DNA of 64,000 nucleotides from Gammaproteobacteria bacterium (GTDB lineage Bacteria; Pseudomonadota; Gammaproteobacteria; Eutrophobiales; Eutrophobiaceae), in the NCBI GenBank assembly GCA_947480335.1, contig CANKCB010000005.1, positions 8,018-72,017 of the forward strand, given 5' to 3'. The notes beneath the pieces are model-generated. The model searched no databases. It was not told the origin of the DNA and saw nothing but the letters and a program-made list of their open reading frames with translations. Below are positions 34,280 through 44,936 of this stretch, in pieces (within the stretch, counting starts at the first letter, position 1; each line of letters starts with the position of its first letter). A program made the translations under genes and the position numbers.

Positions 34280-34293
34280 GGGGGGCTAACGAT

Positions 34294-36174
34294 ATGATCC
34301 GAATTCTATTTGCTGTGGGTTTAACATGGTTTTGTATCACGTTGTCAGCACAGACCAGTGATGTGCCTGCAGAACTGATACATTATCCGGAGTTTGTATT
34401 CTACAACGGCCAGGTACTGACGGCAGATAAGGACCAGGATTTTACGATAGCCGAGGCGGTTGCGGTTCGTGGAAATAAAATACTGGCCGTGGGCAGCAGC
34501 CAGCAAATGCAACGTCTGATTGGACCAACGACACGCTCCATCGATTTGAAAGGTCGTTCATTGACACCTGGATTTATCTATAACGATGGAGATAACTCCG
34601 TTCCAGCAGGCGATATTCTTAAGGACAGTATGTGGGGTGGAAGGATCCAGGCTCATCTGGGCGGCAAGACACTGGATGAGGCATTGGCCACACTCGCAAA
34701 AATTGTCGAAACTGAAGGCAAGCCGGGAGAGCCACTGTTCATCAAGTTACAGGATCAGTGGGCAGGTAAGGCCATGCAGGACTGGAATAGGGCGACACTG
34801 GATGAGGTCGCACCGAATAATCCAGTCATCGTTTATATGGATGCAAATCTGGCGCTGGCCAACAAGGCGATGATCGAACTGGCGATCAAAAAAGGTTTGC
34901 CGGAAAATCACTTTCATCTCGACCGTACTGACAGTGGTGACTATACCGGCTGGACAGGTGCACAGGTGAGCGGATTTATCGGCCGTGAACTCAGACCATG
35001 GCCAGATCCTGAATGGTTTGACGAAGTGGCCATACCGATGGCGGTTGAGTCTCTGGCCAATTATGCGCGCCATGGTGTGACGGTGGCCACCGGTCATATG
35101 AGTGCACCCACAATGACAATTCTGAATCGTCTGTTCCACGAGCAACCACAGGACCTGAAAGTACGCGTTTATCCCGGTCTGGATTTTTTGCGTCAGACTC
35201 CAAATGCCGAAATTTATCTGAAGCGCATCGGCAATCTGGTTGATTTTTCACTGGTGGATGAACGTGGTCCGATGGTCACGATTGTTGGCGCCTCAGTAGG
35301 CCCACATACAGGGGCGCCGGATGGCCCTATTAGTCTGTTGACGATAGAACCAAAGACAAATGTTATTCCTGATTTGAGTCCAAACACTCACGGATTTAAC
35401 AGTTGGACTGCGCAGTCTTTTACCGGCATGAAACAGGAAGCGCTCACGCCGGAACAACTGCGGCAGACTGACTATTACAATATCATCCTCGCACGCCAGC
35501 ACGGCTGGAATGTGACTGGTATCCACAATATGGGCAGTGAGGGAATCCGTCTGGCAATGCAAAGTGTGGTCGATGCTGAGCAACAAGATAAACTGTATGT
35601 GAAGAAACTCTGGAGACCGCAAAGCTTTGATCACAATATTGACTGGATGAACGAGGTATACGAATTCTATAGTTCGCATCCTGTGCTGAAAGATATTCTG
35701 CGTTTTGGCGTAAACCTGCGCATCGTTATCAAGCAACGTGATGCGGCACCACTTGGTATCAAGGATGTGATTGAAGCGCAGTGGGGTATGGCGGGGCTGG
35801 AGCGATTGGCGCCGCTACGTACTCTGTTGCAGAAGGGTATACCATTCCATATTGAAGGAACCGAGCCGGGTGACAAGGATTCCAGCCCAACCTGGTATAT
35901 GCAAAAAGCGGTAACACGTATCGATCAACATGGGCGTGTCATAGCGGCAAATGAAACGCTGGATCGGAAGACGGCTTTCCTCGCATTGACTCGCTGGCCC
36001 GCCAGGTTTATTGGATCTGAAAAGGATCTCGGTTCAATCCAACCAGGAATGCTCGCCGATCTGGTTGTATTCGACGGGAATCTGCTGGACGTACCGATTG
36101 AACAACTGGCCGAACTGCGGCCACTACTGACGCTGGTTGGTGGCAAGGTCGCCTATGAAGATGCCGGGTTATGA
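34294..36174 (+). CDS. Secreted amidohydrolase-3 (YtcJ-like) family protein
   Basis: Signal peptide, [27 protein letters not shown] and [13 protein letters not shown]. Confidence 0.8.
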   Translation: MIRILFAVGLTWFCITLSAQTSDVPAELIHYPEFVFYNGQVLTADKDQDFTIAEAVAVRGNKILAVGSSQQMQRLIGPTTRSIDLKGRSLTPGFIYNDGDNSVPAGDILKDSMWGGRIQAHLGGKTLDEALATLAKIVETEGKPGEPLFIKLQDQWAGKAMQDWNRATLDEVAPNNPVIVYMDANLALANKAMIELAIKKGLPENHFHLDRTDSGDYTGWTGAQVSGFIGRELRPWPDPEWFDEVAIPMAVESLANYARHGVTVATGHMSAPTMTILNRLFHEQPQDLKVRVYPGLDFLRQTPNAEIYLKRIGNLVDFSLVDERGPMVTIVGASVGPHTGAPDGPISLLTIEPKTNVIPDLSPNTHGFNSWTAQSFTGMKQEALTPEQLRQTDYYNIILARQHGWNVTGIHNMGSEGIRLAMQSVVDAEQQDKLYVKKLWRPQSFDHNIDWMNEVYEFYSSHPVLKDILRFGVNLRIVIKQRDAAPLGIKDVIEAQWGMAGLERLAPLRTLLQKGIPFHIEGTEPGDKDSSPTWYMQKAVTRIDQHGRVIAANETLDRKTAFLALTRWPARFIGSEKDLGSIQPGMLADLVVFDGNLLDVPIEQLAELRPLLTLVGGKVAYEDAGL

Positions 36175-36626
36175 TGGCCGGTTGACTGCCTGGACAATAC
36201 TCTGTCCAGACTGTCTGCAAAAGCCTTGCGATCGCTCTGATTCAGCGCTGCTGGCCCGCCAGTATGAATGCCACTTGCCCGTAGCGTGTCCATAAAGTCG
36301 CGCATATTCAATCTCGCCCTGATCGAGTCGGTCGTATAGAGCTCACCGCGTGGATTGAGCGCCTGTCCACCCTTGCTGATGACTTCGGCAGCTAGCGGGA
36401 TGTCCGCGGTGATGACCAGATCTCCTGCGCTGAGCCGTTTGACAATTTCATTGTCGGCCACATCAAAACCGGCTGCGACCTGTATGGATTTGATATACGG
36501 TGAGGCAGGAGTACGGATCAATTGATTGGCGACCAGCATCAGTTCAACACCGGTGCGGTCCGCTGCACGAAACAGTATTTCCTTGATAACGCCTGGACAG
36601 GCATCTGCATCCACCCAGATTTTCAT
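36153..36626 (-). CDS. YaiI/YqxD (DUF188) family protein
   Basis: [21 protein letters not shown] and NPRGELY motifs. Confidence 0.92.
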   Translation of the reverse strand: MKIWVDADACPGVIKEILFRAADRTGVELMLVANQLIRTPASPYIKSIQVAAGFDVADNEIVKRLSAGDLVITADIPLAAEVISKGGQALNPRGELYTTDSIRARLNMRDFMDTLRASGIHTGGPAALNQSDRKAFADSLDRVLSRQSTGHHNPASS

Positions 36627-36846
36627 AATAAATTCAGTTTTGTGGTCAAGGTCATCGTCATACGGTATGTCAGGCAGGATACTGTTTTCTGATGTCGGCA
36701 TCCAGTCTGTGATCACCCGTGCCCGCAACCGTAGCAAATTGGCCTGACCGAATTAACGTTAGGGTACAGTCAGCAATCATGATTTAATGAGATTCTGTCC
36801 ATCGACAGTCGTCCGCTGGCACGTTTCCCAGCCACAGGAGAATGAT

Positions 36847-37347
36847 ATGTCTGTTGAAATCTATTTGAAGCTGGATGGTATTGCCGGTGGTTCACGAAAT
36901 TTTGCCTTCAAGGGCTGCACCGACATTACTTCCTGGGGTTGGGAATTGGATAGCAACCGCAACACTGCCGATCTGTCCGAAAATGACAAAACGTCATGCA
37001 GACAGATTTCTGTGGTCAAGCGTATTGGTATGGACAGTCCCGATATCATGGCGCATTACATGAAAGGTAAAATCATACCCTTTGCCAACCTGACAGCCAT
37101 TCCACTGGTGAGCAAACGCGAGGCCAGACAGAAATACCTGTCCATACATATGGAAGATGTGCTGATTAAATCGATTATGACCGGCGGCAATGCGACAGAT
37201 GAATTTTTTAATGAGACGCTGGTGTTGTTATTTAGCCGGGTGAGAACCGAGGTGACGATTAACCCGGTAGTTGGATCAGATGTAGCCACGGCTGTGGATT
37301 ACAACTTTGCCTGGGACATTGCCCATAATCGTGACTGGCCACAGTAA
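36847..37347 (+). CDS. hcp: Hcp-family (T6SS tube) protein, orphan
   Basis: MSVEIYLKLDGIAG, ITSWGW, YLSIHMEDVLIKSI, ETLVLLF and C-terminal AWDI follow the Hcp1 pattern. CAGGAG RBS precedes ATG 36847. Confidence 0.8.
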   Translation: MSVEIYLKLDGIAGGSRNFAFKGCTDITSWGWELDSNRNTADLSENDKTSCRQISVVKRIGMDSPDIMAHYMKGKIIPFANLTAIPLVSKREARQKYLSIHMEDVLIKSIMTGGNATDEFFNETLVLLFSRVRTEVTINPVVGSDVATAVDYNFAWDIAHNRDWPQ

Positions 37348-37407
37348 TAGTCTGCACTCTGAAACCGGCAAGGTAAATCAAGCAGCTCACTGTATGTAAA
37401 ATAACGC

Positions 37408-37434
37408 TAAAGTTTTTTTCAAGCTGGTCGATTA
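37408..37434 (+). promoter_or_regulatory. sigma28 (FliA)-type promoter
   Basis: TAAAGTTT-N11-GTCGATTA compared with consensus TAAAGTTT-N11-GCCGATAA. Confidence 0.7.
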
Positions 37435-37466
37435 TCCGTGTGTATGACCACAACTGCTAATAGTCT

Positions 37467-38513
37467 ATGTTGACAAAAGTTACGATGGAATTGTCGTCGG
37501 AATATCTCCGGCTTGCCTTGCCTTATATGTCACGATATCGCGTCCCTATCACACCGCAAAATTATGCGGTCTGGTATGAGTATGTGGCTGGTGCCAATCA
37601 GCCACTGAAAGCGGCGCTGGATACACTGGTTGAAAATGAACAATCCATTGATGAAGAGATAACAGCAAGCCTGTATCAAAAATATGTTGATCCAACTGAT
37701 TTGGGCAAGATTGAATCCGCCCAGCAGTTGCTGCATACATTGGCCGATACGCTGACGACGTCTCTGGATACAGCCAATGGTGAAGTTAGCCGTTACGAAA
37801 AATCATTAAAGGATTGCGCCACTAATTTACAGACCAATATCGATCCGGATGAATTTAAAGCGCTGGTCCAGAGTCTGGAACAAAGCACGCGACAGATGAG
37901 TTCTGGTAGTCAGCAACTTCAACAACATCTGGCAGACAGCCAGCGTGAGGCGGATCAGTTACGCAGCGAACTGGTGAAAACACGCAATGAAGCCAAAAAA
38001 GATGCAATGACGGGTCTGGCTAATCGCAAGGGGCTGGAAGAAATGGTACAGCGCTTATCAGGGGAAAACCGGCTGGGTAGCACCTGCGTGCTGATTTGTG
38101 ATATTGATAACTTCAAAAGTGTTAATGATTCCTATGGCCACCTTATTGGAGACAAGGTAATTCGTATGGTGGCTGATGTGTTGAAAAATCAAATCAAGGG
38201 CAGGGACACGCCGGCACGCTTCGGTGGTGAAGAATTTATCATCCTGCTTCCGGATACTGAACTGCGCGGTGCCCGATCAGTTGCAGAATCCATTCGTCGA
38301 GCAGTGGAAGGATGCAAGATTGTCCGACCCCGAACCGGTGAAGCAATACGTCAGGTCACGATTTCAATTGGTATAACACAGTGTCTGGTCAAGGAAGACT
38401 TCCAGGAAACTGTGTCCAGGGCAGATCAGGCATTGTATGCTGCAAAACAAGCCGGTCGTAACCGGGTTGAAGTGAATACTCCGCTGCATGAAATGAAAGT
38501 AATGGTCTGTTAG
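37467..38513 (+). CDS. Cytoplasmic diguanylate cyclase (VdcA-like N-terminus, coiled coil, GGDEF)
   Basis: TPQNYAVWYEY, DAMTGLANR, DIDNFKSVND and RFGGEEF motifs. Confidence 0.92.
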   Translation: MLTKVTMELSSEYLRLALPYMSRYRVPITPQNYAVWYEYVAGANQPLKAALDTLVENEQSIDEEITASLYQKYVDPTDLGKIESAQQLLHTLADTLTTSLDTANGEVSRYEKSLKDCATNLQTNIDPDEFKALVQSLEQSTRQMSSGSQQLQQHLADSQREADQLRSELVKTRNEAKKDAMTGLANRKGLEEMVQRLSGENRLGSTCVLICDIDNFKSVNDSYGHLIGDKVIRMVADVLKNQIKGRDTPARFGGEEFIILLPDTELRGARSVAESIRRAVEGCKIVRPRTGEAIRQVTISIGITQCLVKEDFQETVSRADQALYAAKQAGRNRVEVNTPLHEMKVMVC

Positions 38514-38548
38514 CTGCCCTGAACACAGCTGCAATAATCAGGATCAGA

Positions 38549-39013
38549 TTATTTCTTTTTCCTTACTGACTTCTTTGTCACCGGTTTTTTCTTCGCAGGT
38601 GTCCTGACCGGCTTTTTGGTAGCAGTTTTTTTGGTGCTCTTGCGTGCGGTCACCTGGATTTCAATCTTGATTCTCGGATCGGCCAGACCGGCTGAATACA
38701 TAATTACCGCAGGACGTACCTTGCCGAAATATTTACGCAACGCCGGAAAGCACTTTTCAAATTCGGATGCGTCTGTTAATACATAGGTTGCCTTGACGAC
38801 ATCATTCATCGAGGCATTCGCCTGTTTCAATGCGGCGGCAATGTTTTTCAGACATTGTTCGGTCTGCTCGACTAAGTCGTCCGATATGGTCATGTTGGCA
38901 TAATTGAATCCTGTCGTGCCGGATACAAACACCCATTTGCCGTCAACCACGGCGCGTGAATATCCGATTTCGGCCTCAAATTTCGAGCCGGAGCTGATGA
39001 GCTTGCGTGCCAT
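38549..39013 (-). CDS. Rid (YjgF/RidA) family protein with Lys-rich C-terminal tail
   Basis: IGYSRAV, VSGTTG and KIEIQVTA, followed by KSTKKTATKKPVRTPAKKKPVTKKSVRKKK. Confidence 0.88.
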   Translation of the reverse strand: MARKLISSGSKFEAEIGYSRAVVDGKWVFVSGTTGFNYANMTISDDLVEQTEQCLKNIAAALKQANASMNDVVKATYVLTDASEFEKCFPALRKYFGKVRPAVIMYSAGLADPRIKIEIQVTARKSTKKTATKKPVRTPAKKKPVTKKSVRKKK

Positions 39014-39119
39014 TTTATTCTCCCTGTTTTAATTAATCTTAAAAGAGCCAAATATAAATGATTGGCAGTTGTTATGAAACTGTAATTATCCGTTCTGCCT
39101 CACCCTGGTAAGACAAGCT

Positions 39120-39875
39120 TCAGAGCGCTTGCCACAGCAGTGAAATGGCGCCTGCTACGACCATCGCCTCCATCACCCAGACATGGATTTTAAGAGGGAT
39201 ATGCGCAAGCAATTTGCGTGCGATAAAGGCACCGGGTGAGGTACATAATCCTACCATCAGGCCAACCAATGCCAGCTCAGGCGTCAGTCTGGCCATGCTG
39301 CCAAATAACAGTATCTTGGTGATGGCCATGACCACACCAATAATACCGTCAGTGGCTATCAGGGCCATCCCTTGCAGGCCAGCTGACATCATGATCGATA
39401 TCAGTATGACACCGGTGCCCGCCATGCCACCGTTAATAAACCCAAACACGCCGCCGGCAAAACAAAGTGACACCGGGGAAATCCGGAAATGTGAACGGTG
39501 CAATACACGCCGTAACGGTACACTGCACAGCAGGAACAGTCCCAGTAACAGGGCAACCCACCGGCTCGACAACAAGGTGTAGCTCCAGGCGCCGAGCAGG
39601 CAACCCGGGATCCCCAGACACAGGATAAGTCCGGCAGGTTTCCATTCGATGTTTTGCCGGAATGCCAGTACGCGACTGAAATTGTTCAATAGAATGACCA
39701 TCGACATCATCGGGATAACATTAGTGACACCAACCAGAGGTGCCAGAAACACCGGCAATATCAGGCCGGCGCCATAACCTGCGATACCACTCATGACGGA
39801 TGCGAGAAAAGCAACCGTGCAGGCCAGAGCCAGTTGTATCAGGTCAATATCAACAAGATGAAATACCGTGTCCAT
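39120..39875 (-). CDS. TauE/SafE-family membrane protein
   Basis: Two GxxGxG repeats and about 8 TM segments. Confidence 0.8.
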   Translation of the reverse strand: MDTVFHLVDIDLIQLALACTVAFLASVMSGIAGYGAGLILPVFLAPLVGVTNVIPMMSMVILLNNFSRVLAFRQNIEWKPAGLILCLGIPGCLLGAWSYTLLSSRWVALLLGLFLLCSVPLRRVLHRSHFRISPVSLCFAGGVFGFINGGMAGTGVILISIMMSAGLQGMALIATDGIIGVVMAITKILLFGSMARLTPELALVGLMVGLCTSPGAFIARKLLAHIPLKIHVWVMEAMVVAGAISLLWQAL

Positions 39876-40053
39876 AGCCGGTGATCGGGACGGGTCCAGA
39901 TTGGATTAACAGAAAAAGGTCAGGGCAATTCTAGCGCGGATTGTCTGTCCGAGTCTTTGAAAATCCTGTGATGGAAAACAGCCACCTGTATTTCCCAAAA
40001 ACGGGTTCTGTATTCAAAACATACAACAGGAACCACCCTGTTACCGAAATTTA

Positions 40054-40252
40054 TCACTGTTCATACTGATCCAACGCCAGCAACAGACTGGTGCGGTGTT
40101 GTTTCGCAATCTGTTGCCAGGGGATGTCCGTCAGTACCGATTCCAGTGCCCATAACAGGTTCAGACTTGCCCGGGAATGGCATTGTCTGGTTTTGACATA
40201 GGCCGCTACGGAACCCAGCTGACGCAGTTGTTCAAGTGTGGTTATGCCGGCC
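40054..40252 (-). pseudogene. 3' part of a split TfoX C-terminal-domain gene
   Basis: AGITTLEQLRQLGSVAAY...SLNLLWALES...W...R is the TfoX_C pattern. Its N-terminus is missing here and found at 45643-45713 on the + strand. Confidence 0.85.
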
Positions 40253-40496
40253 ACAAGCGGAAAAACCGCTGGAGGATAAATTCCGTGTAGTTCTGCTTTT
40301 TTGAGACCAGCAGGTGAAAAATTACGAACCCACTGATAATGACAAACACATCGACCGCATACCAACCTGAACGAAGTATGCGTAGTGGGCCGGATAACTG
40401 ATCAATAAAATATCCGCTCATACCGAGTACATGATCAGACATGACCCACAAAGCTAGCCAGGCTCTCAGGCCTTCAATCGGTGTTATTCGGTTCAT
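40242..40496 (-). pseudogene. Truncated acyltransferase-3 (OafA/YrhL-like), 5' fragment
   Basis: IEGLRAWLALWV..H, AVDVFVIISGFVI and RFFRLWPA, then a stop after 84 aa; family members are typically several hundred aa. Confidence 0.85.
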
Positions 40497-40537
40497 GGAT
40501 GCAGACGGAAAAATTAACCCTTTCGGTTTCAACCAGC

Positions 40538-40939
<402 letters not shown>

Positions 40940-41019
40940 TTAGCAATACTGGCAGGGTAACAAAACTTTTATCCCGGGTTAATCGACTTTGGAGATATTC
41001 ACGTTTGCGTGCTAACCGC

Positions 41020-41970
41020 TCAAAGCGGAGCTGACTGGTATCCCCCGGTATGCAGAAATAGTAGTTTGCTGCCACGAGCAAGGTATCCGCACTGCACCAT
41101 ATGCTCCAGTTGCAACAGTACCTTGCCAGTATAGACATAATCCAGTGGCAACGATGTTGCAGCTTGCAGTGTACGCATACGTTGCATCACCGCTTCAGTC
41201 GGTTTGCCATATCGACCCCACGGAGCACTGCCTTCAAACTGGAGATGACGGGCAAGTATCTGTGCCGCCAGCTTTGATCCAACCTTGTCTACCAGCGCAG
41301 TTTGTCCCTGAGCGGGCAAAGCGTCATAGCCTCGCAGTGTGGATATGGCCAGCACTTTGGGTAAGGTCTTCTCCGGACGTTGTGATAATCCCCATGCCAG
41401 ACCCGCAGCAGTACCCCCGGTACCAACAGCACAAACTATCCAGTGATAGGAATCAAGCTCGGTAATCTCCTCGATGATCTGTGCCACACCATCGAGCGCC
41501 ACTGACGAGGTGCCTCCTTCCGGGAGCAGATAGGGAATCATATCCAGGCCAAGATTGGCCGCCAGCTCCGCTGCGTTCAGTTGTAGTAAAGCATCATACT
41601 GATTGGGGTTCACGGCGATAATATTCATTTGCAGTCTGCGACATTCATCGAGCACAACAGAATGGCCCAACTTATCAGTGCCACGGACGATACCTGTTGT
41701 GGACAAACCGGTTTGCTGACCGGCTTGCGCTATTGCCAGCAAGTGATTGGAGAAACGTCCACCAAAAGTAACCAGTGACGAATGACCAGACTGAAGACAG
41801 ACTTGTATATGCGGCAAGGATTTACGTAACTTGTTACCAATGATTTGTGGATGAATCAGATCATCCCTTTTCACCAGCAGCATAATGCCTGCCTGCTCAA
41901 AAGCCTGCAAGTTGACAGTCTGGATCGGCGTGGGTACGTCCAGCATTGACCTGGGCAACGTGGTACCCAT
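41020..41970 (-). CDS. PLP-dependent ACC deaminase / D-cysteine desulfhydrase family protein
   Basis: KRDDL...GNKLRK, FGGRFSNH, PEGG, GTGGT, LDYVYTGK and HTGG motifs. Confidence 0.85.
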   Translation of the reverse strand: MGTTLPRSMLDVPTPIQTVNLQAFEQAGIMLLVKRDDLIHPQIIGNKLRKSLPHIQVCLQSGHSSLVTFGGRFSNHLLAIAQAGQQTGLSTTGIVRGTDKLGHSVVLDECRRLQMNIIAVNPNQYDALLQLNAAELAANLGLDMIPYLLPEGGTSSVALDGVAQIIEEITELDSYHWIVCAVGTGGTAAGLAWGLSQRPEKTLPKVLAISTLRGYDALPAQGQTALVDKVGSKLAAQILARHLQFEGSAPWGRYGKPTEAVMQRMRTLQAATSLPLDYVYTGKVLLQLEHMVQCGYLARGSKLLFLHTGGYQSAPL

Positions 41971-42077
41971 TAACTATTATGAAACATACAGATTCATTAA
42001 CACTGTTTTTTCAAACACCGCGATGTAAATGAGCACGCCGTCCTGTTTTAAGGCAGGCCTCTTATAATGTAATGGAA

Positions 42078-42111
42078 GGGGCCAGTCGTATCTGTTCCAG
42101 AAAGACTGGCC
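42078..42111. terminator. Stem-loop downstream of the DUF1161 gene
   Basis: GGGCCAGTC...GACTGGCCC 9-bp inverted repeat. Confidence 0.5.
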
Positions 42112-42147
42112 CGGCTGATTGCGTTGCCCGATGGGGGCAAGCACAAG

Positions 42148-42369
42148 TTACTGTCTGACGTAGGTAATCTTCATCTTGCCGGCATCACAGGCGCCAACAA
42201 TTTTCTTGTCTGTTTCCTGTTCTACCGGGACGATTTCGAGCACATAATTTTTAACGCCCTTGCCATCCAGTTTTGCAGAAATTTCACCCTTGAGTTCTTC
42301 ACAAGGCTTGGCCGCCTGTGCCTGGGCAACCACGACAAATGACAACAACATAAACAACACTTTGTTCAT
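42148..42369 (-). CDS. DUF1161 (YnfD-like) small secreted protein
   Basis: Signal peptide, KPCEELKGEI..K...GV and VGACDAG..KITY.R. Confidence 0.85.
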   Translation of the reverse strand: MNKVLFMLLSFVVVAQAQAAKPCEELKGEISAKLDGKGVKNYVLEIVPVEQETDKKIVGACDAGKMKITYVRQ

Positions 42370-42482
42370 AAAGGCTTCCCCTGATTATTCTGTTTTATCA
42401 TATACAGTACTACCCCCGAGACAGAGAATAGCAAAATGATGCCGTTGATTAAAGTCGGCTCTTACTCCGGTTACCTGTCAGC

Positions 42483-42665
42483 TCAGCAGCAACGGTTCAC
42501 GCCGCGTGACTTCAACTCAAGCCGATACAGGTAAAATTTCTGACGTGTGAGTACTGGTTCTGACGTATGTGCGCACTGGCGATGTGCCAGATAGTGTTCA
42601 TAGGCATCATCACCAGTCAACTGACGCAGAAATCTCCATATATACAACAAGCGTTTATGCAGCAT
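42483..42665 (-). CDS. YbdD/YjiX (DUF466) CstA-associated small protein
   Basis: LTGDDAYEHYLAH and C-terminal RCC, directly after cstA. Confidence 0.88.
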   Translation of the reverse strand: MLHKRLLYIWRFLRQLTGDDAYEHYLAHRQCAHTSEPVLTRQKFYLYRLELKSRGVNRCC

Positions 42666-42683
42666 CGTTATCTACCTTGGTAT

Positions 42684-44747
42684 TTATTTCACTGCGTAGG
42701 CTTCACAGGAGACATAGGCAGACTCGGACAGTGGCAAGACCGCCTTGCCGTTAACAAAACGATAACTGATCCGGCACATGTCGAGAATGACGATCCAGAG
42801 CATGGAAGCAAATAATACTGTCAACACCGCATCGATACGTTGACCGACAATCAGCTGTGGTGCCACGTTTGCCAGTTCCGGTGCCAGCGTTCCGGCGGCA
42901 AGCTTGCTGGCCATATCCGTCGCACCGGCGAGAAATCCGATTTGCGGATTGCTGCTAAACACCTTTTCAAAGGAAGCCCAGGTACAAATAATGGCAATCC
43001 AGGCCAGCGGCAATGCCGTCACCCATACATGGCGTTGCTTGCCCATCTTGATCAATATGCCGGTTGCAACCGACAGCGCAATCCCGGCGAGCAGCTGATT
43101 GGCGATACCAAATAATGGCCACAGGATGTTGACGCCACCCAGCGGATCCATCACGCCCTGGATCAGGAAATATCCCCAGGCCGCAACAAACAGTGCGCTG
43201 GACAAGATAGTGACGGGATAGGACGAAATATCGCCCATTGGTTTCCAGACAGTCTTCAAACAATCCTGCAGGATAAACCGTCCTACGCGGGTACCGGCAT
43301 CGAGTGTGGTCAGAATAAACAACACTTCAAACATGATGGCGAAGTGGTACCACATGGCCATCAGGTTCTTGCCAAAACTGCTGCTGAAAATGGCGGCCAT
43401 GCCAACCGCCAGCGAAGGCGCACCACCGGTACGTGCAAACAGGGTTTTCTCACCCATCTGTGTTGCCAGTGCCTGCATCTGTTCTACAGTGACCATAAAT
43501 CCCCAGGAATTGATCATATTGACCGCCTCACCGGCAACCTTGCCAACAACTCCACCCGGACTATTGATTGCAAAGTAAACTCCCGGCTCCAGCGTACAGG
43601 CTGCCACCATGGCCATGATGGCAACAAACGATTCCAGTGCCATACTGCCATAGCCGATCATACGGACATCGGCCTCGTTGCTAAGCAGTTTCGGTGTCGT
43701 GCCAGAAGCGATTAAGGAATGGAAACCGGATATCGCACCGCAAGCAATGGTAATAAACACAAACGGGAAGACATCGCCCTTGAAGATGGGGCCGGTACCG
43801 TCAATAAATTGTGTCAATGCCGGCATTTTAATGGCCGGTGCATAGAGCATGATGGAAAAGGCCAGCAGGATAACCACTCCGATTTTCAGAAACGCGGACA
43901 GATAATCACGCGGTGCCAGTAACAGCCAGATGGGTAATACCGCAGCAATAAAGCCATAAATAATCACAAACCAGGCACAGGTCATGGCATTCCAGTCAAA
44001 CAACGGTGCAAGCGTACTGTTGCCATGAACCCAGCCACCACCCACGACACACATCAACAGCAGCACAAGACCGATGATCGAACCTTCCAGAATCCGTCCC
44101 GGACGTATATTACTCAGGTAAATTCCGACCAGCATCGCGGCCGGTATCGTACCCAACACCGTGGTTGTGGCCCAGGGACTGTTTTTCATTGCATTGACTA
44201 CGACCAGACCGAGCACGGCCACGATTACCGTGATAATCATCATCGTACCGAAAATCGCTGCCCAGCCACCGACCGGTCCAAGCTCGTCTTTTGCCATCTG
44301 TCCCAGACTGCGCCCATCCCGCCGGAGTGAACAGAACAGCACTACCAGATCCTGCACACAGCCGCCCAGTACCGATCCAATCAGGATCCACAGCGTACCG
44401 GGCAGATAGCCAAACTGTGCCGCCAGCGTAGGCCCGATTAATGGACCGGGTCCGGCAATCGCCGCAAAGTGGTGTCCGAAGACTATCCATTTATTGGTAG
44501 GGATATAGTCGCGGTTATTATTCAGTCGCACCGCTGGAGTGGCACGGGTGGCATCCAGTGTCAGTACCCGCGCACAAATCCATGCGCTGTAAAACCGGTA
44601 TGCCAGCAGGTAGACACAAATGGCTGCAACAATAAACCAGACGGCATTGATTGACTCATCGCGGAAGATAGCAATATTGGCCAGTGCCCAGGCACCTACC
44701 AGTGCAATGGCTGACCACAATATTATCGATGGCCCTGTACGTTTCAT
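42684..44747 (-). CDS. cstA: Carbon starvation CstA/BtsT family transporter
   Basis: GHHFAAIAGPGPLIGP, LAPRDYLS, IACGAISGFH and LWPLFGIANQ motifs. Confidence 0.95.
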   Translation of the reverse strand: MKRTGPSIILWSAIALVGAWALANIAIFRDESINAVWFIVAAICVYLLAYRFYSAWICARVLTLDATRATPAVRLNNNRDYIPTNKWIVFGHHFAAIAGPGPLIGPTLAAQFGYLPGTLWILIGSVLGGCVQDLVVLFCSLRRDGRSLGQMAKDELGPVGGWAAIFGTMMIITVIVAVLGLVVVNAMKNSPWATTTVLGTIPAAMLVGIYLSNIRPGRILEGSIIGLVLLLMCVVGGGWVHGNSTLAPLFDWNAMTCAWFVIIYGFIAAVLPIWLLLAPRDYLSAFLKIGVVILLAFSIMLYAPAIKMPALTQFIDGTGPIFKGDVFPFVFITIACGAISGFHSLIASGTTPKLLSNEADVRMIGYGSMALESFVAIMAMVAACTLEPGVYFAINSPGGVVGKVAGEAVNMINSWGFMVTVEQMQALATQMGEKTLFARTGGAPSLAVGMAAIFSSSFGKNLMAMWYHFAIMFEVLFILTTLDAGTRVGRFILQDCLKTVWKPMGDISSYPVTILSSALFVAAWGYFLIQGVMDPLGGVNILWPLFGIANQLLAGIALSVATGILIKMGKQRHVWVTALPLAWIAIICTWASFEKVFSSNPQIGFLAGATDMASKLAAGTLAPELANVAPQLIVGQRIDAVLTVLFASMLWIVILDMCRISYRFVNGKAVLPLSESAYVSCEAYAVK

Positions 44748-44936
44748 GGTCCCCCCCCTAGTAAGAGACGTGCCCCGTCATACCATGACGGGATCATTAA
44801 TCGTGAATGACCGGATTATAACCTAATAAAATTTGATGCAGTAACTGCACTACAGTCGAACTGTTTATGCAGCAGTGCACCAATATTCCTGATGAGCATG
44901 TCCCGACAATGGATACTGCAGTGCCGGCATGTGGTT

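Noticed and set aside
40054..40365. ORF-track 103-aa protein as an intact TfoX
   Set aside because: Its first ~38 residues are an alternative frame of the acyltransferase fragment; the true N-terminus is at 45643.
42483..42485. TGA after RCC read as selenocysteine in the YbdD-like protein
   Set aside because: Both terminal cysteines are already encoded, so TGA is at the normal stop; no SECIS was identified.
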